Shown here piece by piece: positions 51,357-60,914 of a DNA stretch of 64,000 bases. Source of the stretch: Mobula hypostoma (taxonomy: Eukaryota); contig NC_086097.1 in NCBI RefSeq assembly GCF_963921235.1, positions 221,094,001-221,158,000 on the forward strand. The letters run 5' to 3'. Made by a program: the position numbers and the translations under genes. The notes under the pieces are model-generated. The model did not search any database, had not been told where the DNA came from, and was given only the letters and a program-made list of their open reading frames with translations. The stretch's first letter is position 1. Every line of letters starts with the position of its first letter.

Positions 51357-52401
51357 TAGGGTTAAACTCACCTCAACATGTCTTTTATAGTTAGGGTTGC
51401 CAACTTTCCACTCCCAAATAAGGGACAAAAGTAACAGTCAAATCCAGGGACACTTTACCCCAGGAAAGACTACCATGACCATGAAGCCTTGCGCGGGCAC
51501 CTGTGGGCGCATGCGTGACGTGTGCATGCGCGTACGTGCCGATTTTTTTCCACAAATCGGTTTTGCCTTCATCTTCCCGACTAGAACATAGAACATAGAA
51601 TAGTACAGCACAGTACAGGCCCTTCAGCCCACAATGCTGTGCCGACCCTCAAACCTTGCCTCCCATATAAGCCCCCACCTTAAATTCCTCCATATACCTG
51701 TCTAGTAGTCTCTTAAACTTCACTAGTGTATCTGCCTCCACCACTGACTCAGGCAGTGCATTCCACTCACCAACCACTCTCTGAGTAAAAAACCTTCCTC
51801 TAATATCCCCCTTGAACTTCCCACCCCTTACCTTAAAGCCATGTCCTCTTGTATTGAGCAGTGGTGCCCTGGGGAAGAGGCGCTGGCTATCCACTCTATC
51901 TATTCCTCTTATTATCTTGTACACCTCTATCATGTCTCCTCTCATCCTCCTTCTCTCCAAAGAGTAAAGCCCTAGCTCCATTAAACTCTGATCATAATGC
52001 ATGCTCTCTAAACCAGGCAGCATCCTGGTAAATCTCCTCTGTACCCTTTCCAATGCTTCCACATCCTTTCAATGCACTGTATATACATTATTTCTACTTT
52101 ATATAGGCTGTGTATTTATCATATCATTCCTGCTTTTACTATATGTTAGTGTTACTTTCGGTTTTGTGTGTTTGCATGATTTGGTAGGTTATTTTTTGGG
52201 TCTGGGAACGCTCAAAAAATTTTCCCATATAAATTAATGGTAATTGCTTCTGTGCTTTATGCCATTTCGGCACGAAAGGTTTCATAGGAACGCTCTACCT
52301 TAGTGAGGGAAATTCGGGACAAGGGCGGTCCCGTATGGGACAAACCAACTTAGCCCAATGTACGGGATGTCCCAGCAGATATGGGACAGTTAGCAACCCT
52401 A
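51357..52401. mobile_element. Second hAT-type MITE nested in the first, with a cryptic left end
   Basis: 8-bp TSD TGTTCAAG at 51349-56 and 52402-09. Outer end TAGGGTT at 51357, full TIR TAGGGTTGCCAAC at 51392, right end GTTAGCAACCCTA. Confidence 0.85.
51583..52068 (-). mobile_element. Young CR1 3' fragment inside the inner hAT MITE
   Basis: Open ORF 51649..52062 [30 protein letters not shown]. (TTCTATG)n tail. Absent from the sister MITE at 1622-2150. Confidence 0.92.
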
Positions 52402-52569
52402 TGTTCAAGTTCAACAGTGCATGACAGGGAATGAGGAAAGGTGCAGCTGACTCAGATCGTTTCCTCACGGCTCGGTAGCACATGCTTTGCGGCTCGGTAC
52501 CGGTCCGCGGCCTGGTGGTTGGGGACCGCTGCCCTAGATTAAGCCACTAGCCGAACCGTGAGTTACAAT

Positions 52570-52589
52570 TGTGGATGTTCGTCCAGGAT
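52570..52589 (+). promoter_or_regulatory. Decayed primer-binding site, probably tRNA-Pro
   Basis: TGTGGATGTTCGTCCAGGAT just after the LTR-terminal CA; resembles the tRNA-Pro PBS TGGGGGCTCGTCCGGGAT. Confidence 0.6.
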
Positions 52590-52596
52590 TGATTCC

Positions 52597-54200
52597 ATTA
52601 GATGCTGTGTGATTACCCTGAGCATTGAACCAATGGGGTAGATATTCATGCTCCAGATGAATTGTTAATTTGCCTGTTAAGTACTGTTAAAGTTGCGATT
52701 ATGTGTGGAGGTTTGATAAAATGGTGGGCGCAGCTCTTGTTTTAATGCAGACCAGCGCTGATGTAGTGGTAGCTGGGGACAGAGATTTCAAAGACAGGGT
52801 TTTATCATTTCTGAGGAGTGAGGGGAAGGAGTGGTCGGATTTGGAATGTCTAATTAGTTCACGTCCCGCTGTGTAGAGTGAGAATTCTGAGTTAGTATCC
52901 GTCCTTATCTCTTCGGCAAATTAATGGAAAACTCAGGTTCAAAGCCCCTGCTATAGTAGGGTCCGCCTATTCTCTGGAATAACGCCCACCCCTAAAGGGG
53001 AGGAGGAGTATGAGGAGCTTTTGACCCTCTACCATCCCATCATGGACAGAACCTCGGTCCTCTCACCTGCCCTCCCCCTCCCCATCACAGACAGAGCTTC
53101 AGTACCCTCACCTATCCTCTTCCACCCTGTCATGGACAGAACCTCGGTCCCCTCTCCCACCCCGAAACGGACAGATCCTCGATCCCCTCACCCATCCTCC
53201 ACTCAAGCTGGGTGGGACTAGAGACTCAGGTGAAAGGTGAAAGTGGAACTTGGGGGAAATTCTTCACACAGAGGGTGGTGAAAATGTGGAACGAGCTGCC
53301 AGCACAAGTGGTGGATGTGAGTTTGATGACAACATTTAAGAGATGTTTGGATAGGTACATCGATGGGAAGGGTATGGAGGGCTATAGTCCATATGAGACT
53401 GGACAGAAAACAGATCAGCACAGACTGGATGGGCCAAAGGGCCTGTATCTGTGCTTTAGTGCTCCATGACTCCAAGTATGAGAATTGGGCGGAGCAGACC
53501 TCTCAGTTGTGAGATGAGTGGCAGTGCTCTGATGATGTAAAGCGACAGAAATTGGTTGAAAGGTTGAATGGGCGGGCTGCTGACGTTGTGGGAGCCGTCA
53601 GGTTGTGGTATCCCGTAGCGACAGCTGTCAATTACATGCAAGCACTGGACAATGCTTTTGGCCCGACTGGAAGCCCGATGGAGCTCCTGGTGGGGTTTCA
53701 GAACATGCATCAGGAGAAGGAGAAGAAGCTTTCTCCTTTTATTTTTCGGCTAGGGAGGCAGCTAAATTGCTTGCAGCGCAGAGGGGGTCATTCAGGCAGC
53801 TGAGGTGGATCAGTTAGGAATGGACCAGATAGCCAGGGGCGCCCAGTCCCATGACCTGATTACTTAGGGTCTCCGACAGTCTCGTAAGACGCACCCCCCT
53901 CCATCTTTTGTTGAGCTGATCAGAGAGGTACGGGAAGAGGAGAATGCGTTGGAGGCGTGGGAGGCCTCCGTCAGCAGGTACAGTCCTCTGTTGTGGTCCC
54001 CTGCGGTGAAGTGACCACAGACAGCCTACCCCGGGGAGTGGTAGAGGAGATTGTGTCAGAGTTAAGAACGGAGATGTCTTGGCTGTTATCAGTGGTGGTT
54101 GGAGCTGATGGTGGGGCGGATTCCCCAGGGGGATGAACAATGCGGAGGGCTGCTGGCAGCAGGTGTCACACCAGAAGGAGAGTGAGCCCCTGGGTACCTC
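52597..54200 (+). pseudogene. gag: PNMA-like gag, disrupted
   Basis: YSRVRLFSGITPTPKGEEEYE[insertion]NWAEQTSQL*DEWQCSDDVKRQKLVERLNGRAADVV..YMQALDNAFG..FQNMHQEKEKKLSPFIFRL resembles the PNMA/MOAP1-type capsid signature. Confidence 0.8.
53015..53474 (+). mobile_element. Composite insertion: C-rich minisatellite head plus CR1 3' tail
   Basis: 8-bp TSD AGTATGAG at 53007-14 and 53475-82. About 40-bp degenerate units (CATGGACAGAACCTCGGTCC twice) to ~53200, then KFFTQRVVKMWNELP and a CR1 UTR. Confidence 0.85.
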
Positions 54201-54329
54201 AGCAGGGAGAGTCATTGGGAAAACCTAGGGGAGACCCAGTGAGGGAACGGCCTGTGGTTTCTGGGAGAACACATTCACAGCAATGTACCACGGAACCCCC
54301 AAAAGTGAAAAGCTCAATTCCTGAAGGCT

Positions 54330-57300
54330 TTGTGGGACCATGCTCCAGTGTGTTGCTACGGATAGAGGGTATTTATGCTAAAGTCATACTCGACACCGGG
54401 TCACAGGTCACGTTGTTGTACCGATCGTTTTACAACTGGTATCTGAAGCATTTACCCTTGACCCCATTCAGGGCACTGGAGATCTGGGGGCTTAGTGCGA
54501 GTGATTATCGGTATGATGGTATTTGTCAGTGAAGTTGGAGTTCTCGGAGGCGGATGTGGGAGTGTCTGAGGTCCTTGATACATTAGTGCCGGTTTGTCCG
54601 GACCCTGTTGAGAAGGGCAGCATTTCAATTCTGTTGGGGACCAACACCCCTCTTGTGAGGAGGCTCATGGGGGCCTGCAAGGAGGAGGCAGGTGAGAACT
54701 TTCTGGGAACATTGTCCGTGCACCCGATGTTCCGAGCTGCTTTTGAGGAAGTGCGTGGCTGCATTGGGTCGAGTACCGAATTTAGACGAGGGACTGTGAG
54801 GTTCACCCAGTCAAAGCCAATGGTAGTACGGTCCAGGGAAGTAGCGAGAGTGATGGGGACACCCAAATTTCCCGGAGTGCCTGAGGGTGAGGCCCTCTTA
54901 GTGGTCACTCCGGAAGACCACGAGGGGGAGTTAGGATTTCCCGCTGGGGTACTGGTGAGGCCCGAATTGCAGAAGCCCTCAGTTGTACAGTCAAACAGGA
55001 TGGCAGTGATTGTCAGGAACACTACGAAAAGGGTGGTTACCTTTAAGTGGGGGATGCCCCTGGCGCATCTGTTCCTGGTGACGGTAATGTCTAGTGTCCC
55101 TGTGAGACACGCCAGGAGAAACTATTGGAAAAAAGGGGAAAGTTGACCGCTGAGTCATTCAACTTCGGATTCTCCCCGGTTCCTGCGGGTTGGAAGAGGA
55201 GGTTGGTAGAGAAGATGTTGAAGAGGGAAGCTGTCTTTTCCACTGATGAGCTTGATTTGGGTTGCTCCAAGAGCACTCGTCACACTATCCGGGTGACCAA
55301 GGATACCCCGTTCAGAGAAAGGTCGCGGCGAGTGGCTCCTGCAGAGGTGGAGGGCATTCGGCAGCATTTGTGTAAGCTGAAGAAAGCTGGGATCATCACT
55401 GAGTCCTGAGGCCCCTATGCGTCCCCAGTAGTCGTGGCCCGAAAGAAGAATGGGAATGTACGGATGTGTGTGACTATAGGACTCTGAACAGGTGCACCAT
55501 CCCTGACCAGTATACTGTCCCGATGTCCCAGCGAGATGACAGAAGGGGATATGAACTTGCTTGAGGTATTGGTATATCTGGATGACCTCATAGTATTTGG
55601 ATCTTCCTTGGAAGAACATGAAGCAATGCTGCTGAAGGTGCTGGGCCTCCTGAAAGCTGAAGGGTTAAAAGTTTCCCTGGACAAGTGTCAGTACTGCCAA
55701 ATGTCTGTTAGTTATGTTGGGCACATAGTCTCACATATGGAGTAGCTACTGATCTGGCTAAGATAGAGGCAGTGAACACTTGGCCAAGACTCCAGACTGT
55801 GAGCGCTCTGCGCTGATTCCTTGGGTTCTGTGGTTACTATTGGAGGTTCGTGAAAGGCCACTCGAAAGAGAGTCACCGTTGAATCAGCTTTCTGTGTGGT
55901 TATGGGGAAGAAAGGGAGGGGGGAAAATGGACAGGAGGGTGGAGAGTATCTTAGCCTGTCAGAGCCCTTTGGACTGAGGTGGGATGCAAAATGCAAAATG
56001 TGAGGAGGACTTTCTGTCGCTGAAGGAGCTGCTGACCCAAGCACTGGCTTTTGTGGACCCCCGATTGCCATATCTACTGCACACAAATGCCAGCTGAAAG
56101 GGCTTAGGGGGCGTCCTGTATCAGGATCAGGGCACCGGGTTGAGACCCATTGCATTTTTCAGCCGGAGTTTGTCACCCTCGGAGAAAAACTATCCCAAAC
56201 AAAAGTTGTAATTTCTGGTGTTGAAATGGGCGGTGGTGGATAAGCTGAGTGACTACCTCTACAGGGCCAAGTTTGAGGTGAGAATGGACAACAACCCTCT
56301 AACTTATATCCTGACCTCAGCATAACTGGATGTTACAGGCCACTGGTGGTTGGCGGCGTTGTCTGCCTTGGATTTCAACCTGAAGTACCAGCTGGGAAGC
56401 AGGAACGTTGATGCTGATGCTTTGTCCCAACAGGCGCATGAGAGATTGGACAGGGCCGAGGGGTGGAAGAATGTTCCCGCCCCGGGGTGATGGCTGAGGG
56501 AAAGGAGGGGCAGGATCGAGCAGTGGATCAATTGGGAATTTCTGATGATACCATTCCCCGAGTTTACTGTGTCCTGACTACTCTGAAGACAAATCAACTA
56601 CTGGAATTGAGTTCTGGGGAAATGGCAGCTGTTCAGCGAGATGATACGGGCATTGGTACCATTTGGGCAGCTGTCAAAAAGGGAGACATGGCTCAGGTGG
56701 AGAAGATGAAACACGCGTCAGTGCCTCCATTACTGTGAGAATGGCCTCGGTTGGAGTTGAAGGACCAGATCTTATACCGGGTCACGTCACTCCCAGACTG
56801 ACCTCGGCGTTGCCAGCTGGTTCTGCTGGAGAAGTATCGGAGGATTGCATTGAAGTCACTTCATGATGATTCTGGACATTTGGTGGTGGAAAAGACCTAT
56901 GGATTGCTCAGAGACCGTTTTTACTTGCCCCGGATGAAGTCGGAGATCGAAGAATACTGCCAATCGTGCATTCGATGCATACGGCAGAAGACACTGCCTT
57001 CGTGGGCAGCTCCCTTGTCCCACTAGTAGAATGTGGGGCTTCTGGACCTGGTGTGTATAGATTTCCTGTCAATAGTACCCGATGCCAGCAACATGGCGAA
57101 TGTCTTAGTCATCATGGACAACTACACCAGGTATGCTCAGGCTTTTCCTACCAAGGACCAGATGGCGTCTACGGTGGCAAAAGTGTTATGGGAGAAGTAG
57201 TTCATTTATTATGGCCTTCCCAGGCAGATACGTAGTGACCAGGGACGGGATTTTGAGAGCAGACTCATCCATGAGTTACTGGGCGTGCTTGGAGTCGAGA

Positions 57301-57900
57301 AGTTGAGGACCACGCCCTATTACCTACAGGGTGATCCTGAGCCAGAGAGGTTTAATCGGACCTCACTAGGCATGCTCGGGACCCTGCCTAGCAAGGTCCG
57401 ATTAAACCTCTCTGGCAAGAAGAGCAAGTGGAGACAACATAATAGGCATCTGGTTCACAGTTACAACTGTACACGAAATGAAGCTACTGGGTGCTCACCA
57501 TATTATCTGATGTTTGGGCGCGAGGCGAAGTTGCCCATTGACCTTTGTTTTGGGAGTGACGGGGATGACTTATCCCCAAAGATTTATCTGAAGTATGTGT
57601 CTGATATGAGAAGAGAGCAGAAAAGGACTTATGAATTAGCTGGGGTCGCGGCTACCAAGGAAATAAGAGGAGGTACGATCAAAAGGTGAGGTTCTCCCAA
57701 CTCCTGCCAGGAGACCAAATCCTCATAAGGAATTTGGAGCTACCTGGAAAGCATAAGTTGGCTGTCCGCTGGGCGGCCACACCCTATGTGGTGAAGAGTC
57801 AGATGCCAAACCTACCAGTTTTCCAGGTGAAACCAGAGGATGGGAATGGGCCTGTAAAGATTCTCCATTGGAGCCACCTGCTGCCCCTGGGACAAGAGGT
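54330..57900 (+). pseudogene. pol: Gypsy pol (protease, RT, RNase H, integrase), disrupted
   Basis: ILDTGSQVT; YASPVVVARKKNG; VYLDDLIVF; LHTNAS..LGGVL; HDDSGH..YCQSCIRC; DNYTRYAQAF; SDQGRDFES; ERFNRT. The central RT motifs are deleted near 55525; many stops and frameshifts. Confidence 0.92.
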
Positions 57901-58490
57901 GCAGGTAGACCCAGAGCCCAACTTGGATCCTACACCTAGTAAGAGGACTCTGCGGAAACGCGGGGCGACTGCAGGGCCCACAGCAGGCAAGGTTAGGCTG
58001 GCCCCAACCTCTGAGAGAGATACTGATTCGGAGGATGAGGACCTGGATGTGTGGTACATGCTGCCTTTTGCTAACTCCTCATTGATTGAGGAAGAGACTT
58101 CTGGCCCTTCTCCTGCTGAGTCAGGTGAAGTGGGAGGTGGACAGCCTGAGTTGCAGCGGGACCCTGCAAGGGATGAAGTGGGACTTGGCCACGGGACCGA
58201 GGGGTCCGAGTTGCAGGTGGGCATGAGTGATAGGTCGAGGGAGGCCTCGCCAGGTAGACTGGAAGTATTCCCAGTAGCGTCTGAACCTGAAGAGTTAGGT
58301 GAGGGGGTACAGAGTTCTCAGAGAATTAGGAGACCACTGGATAGGCTGGCCTACATATCACTAGGGGAACAGAGTGTGACCCCCACCATTTTGGGGAGCT
58401 GTATCACTGCCTTTTACACCTGGATTGGACTTTGTGTTTTGCAGGAAGTGTTAGCAATTTATTTCAATGTCATGAGGACATGGCTCAGTT

Positions 58491-58504
58491 TGGTGGAGGG
58501 AGAG
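58491..58504 (+). promoter_or_regulatory. Polypurine tract
   Basis: TGGTGGAGGGAGAG immediately before the TG of the 3' LTR. Confidence 0.8.
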
Positions 58505-59093
58505 TGTAACATGCTGTAAGGTTTCACTGCTAATATAATGGCCTCTCTGTAATATTTCACTGCTAAGGTAATGGTTTCTTTGCAGCAGCAATGTTTGGGT
58601 TATGACTAGAGATAATGGGGCTTTGGAATGTGGGGCTATCCAATGAGAGGAACGTTGTTCTTTCTTGTGAGTCTGGAAGAGGGATTTTGTGGTCTTTTTC
58701 TGGGGAGAGATGAGGAGAGGAGACACGAATAGAGAGTGTTGGTAGACCGTCAGATGGAGTGGACTTGGAGTGAGGGAACGTAAGTCAGTGACGATCGGAG
58801 GAGGTTGATTTTGGACGAACGGCCTTATCAGTGAGCTCCAGCGATGCATATTAGACTGTTTCATGAGAATAGGCCCTTTTCTTTTTTTGTTTCTTTACTA
58901 ACCATAGAGTCAAATTAAGAATTATAAAGCTCAATCAATTAATCACACATTGTGTACTGTTTGTTATTTCGTGGTACTGATTTGTAACAGGGGACACATC
59001 GTGCAGCATCCACCCAAACGAGATTTCTTAAGTTTGGCCAGGCTGGGGGCTATCATCCCCTATATTAAGCTGCTGGCTGAACCGAGAGATACA
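58505..59093 (+). repeat. Gypsy 3' LTR, uninterrupted (589 bp)
   Basis: TGTAAC..GATACA; homologous to the 5' LTR pieces. Confidence 0.93.
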
Positions 59094-60914
59094 ACAAGGT
59101 AAAACAATAACAATGAAGAATACAGTGTAAAAGCTTCAGAATGAAGTGCAGGTAAACAATAAAGTGCAAGATCACAATGAAGTGGATATGAGGTCAAGAG
59201 TTCATCTTACTGCACAAGAGTACTAACTAGGTAGTGACTACCTTTAACAAGAGGAAGTTTGGCCAGTTCCCCTTGACGACCATTGGCAATACCATTAATA
59301 AACCTACTGGCATCAATGTTATTGGGGAGAATGACCAGGAATTTAATTGGAAAAGTCAGATCGGTATATTGTCTTGCAGAGCAGCCCAATCCATTTCAAT
59401 GGTCAGTGTCCAGTTCCTGTTATCCCAAAAGCTTTCTATCATCTACTTTGCAGTTGGATTATGATAGAATAATTTCCACTTATTCGCCACTATACAAAAG
59501 TAGCTTATTAAGCCTTGAAAGGACATACAGTACTAATTATTAACTGTTAAAGCACAGCTGGATCCCATTTAGTAACACATAGGTTTTTCAGTAGCTTTTA
59601 AATAGGAAGAGTTTGTAGATGATTGAAGTTCACTTCCAAACATTAATTCAGTGTTGATTACATTGACCAAAACTGCACTAACATATGCTGTAAGGGAGCA
59701 GGATATCAGTGACAGCAAACTTGGGATTCCTACAGTCTAGAGCACATGTGAACTCACCAGAAAAAGCTGTCATTTTTACAGAGTGACGACATTGAGGGCT
59801 GGCTGTAGCTTCTATTACAACCACAAATTATGGACCAGACAATTATAACCACAGAATACTCACACAGAACTCAGTCAGATGGCAATATTTTTGTAAGGTT
59901 TGTTTTGGATAAATTCCTCTCCAAAACGAAGAGATAGTTCATTCTAACCAATCCTCCATTTGACGGACTGTATAAATCTGTGCTACCAACTGAGGCAGAT
60001 TCCCATCCCTCATTCCTAAATTGTTCTAACTAAATTGTACTTAATAATAAAGAGGGTTGCAACATCCCAACATTGAAAATCTGTAAACTAAGATTGGTTT
60101 GAGGTAAAATACTAGCATGAATCTAACTTGTATTTTTACCTTTCTCAGGAGATAAAGTGGAAAATATATAGAATAAATGGAATTAACTATGGGACCATTG
60201 CCCTAGAAATGTGTGAATATAGGAGGAAAGCGCCATTCATCTGCAGAGTGGAAATACAAGAATGTTGCAGACACTTTGAAGTTCCATGCATTGGAACTAT
60301 TTTACTTACCACGTTTTTGCTGAAGCACTTTGTGATAATGCATTCTAGGTATATTATATTAATTAACACACTCTCTGTCTCTGGGATGTAAAATGAGACA
60401 AGTTCAATCAGATCATTGAATCAAGAAGACTGAATTTTCATACCCATGAATGGCAAAGAAAATGAAGATTGTCTGGGTTCTATGATGTGCTGATAATAAC
60501 ACACATTGGATTATTGCCAAAGCAGCAAATATGAAAAAAAAATCTCTTTGTCTATTGTTCAAACAAATCAAGCTGTTGTAATCTGGAATAATTTTGTAGG
60601 CAAGTGATGACCATTAATTTTCCAGCTTAAATGAACTAATTTAGCTTATATTAGTTAAATTAGTTTTGGTCCAGCAATTCAATTTGTGTGATGATAAACT
60701 TGTGGTTTATGTGGGATTGAAAGGTAGAATAAAGACAGCAAGTAATTAATAGAAATAGACCTGTCATAGTGGATTAGCTTGCATTAGAAAATGATAGGGA
60801 AAAGTTTAAATTAGCTTACCAGCAGAAGTCATTTCATTTTTAATGTTATTTTAAAGAAAGGTTAAAAAGAACGATGAATTTTTTCTTGTGAACATAGTTT
60901 GTCCCCAAGCTTTA

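Larger units (their letters stand above)
51271..52531. mobile_element. hAT (Charlie-like) MITE in the 5' LTR
   Basis: TIRs CAGGGGTCCCCAACC / GGTTGGGGACCGCTG. Perfect 8-bp TSD CCCTAGAT at 51263-70 and 52532-39. Confidence 0.92.
49308..52567 (+). repeat. Gypsy 5' LTR, fragmented (49308-49382, ~49497-49849, ~51238-51270, 52532-52567)
   Basis: The pieces are colinear with the 3' LTR. About 60 bp of LTR is missing next to the truncated Tigger end. Confidence 0.9.
49308..59093 (+). mobile_element. Complete but decayed Ty3/Gypsy LTR retrotransposon with PNMA-like gag
   Basis: TG..CA LTRs, ACAA TSD (49304-07 and 59094-97), PBS, PPT, and domain order PR-RT-RH-IN. Confidence 0.95.

Noticed and set aside
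57686..58519. 277-aa ORF as env or an extra gene
   Set aside because: It starts with the integrase C-terminal region ([17 protein letters not shown]) followed by a low-complexity acidic tail; no signal peptide or clear env motifs.
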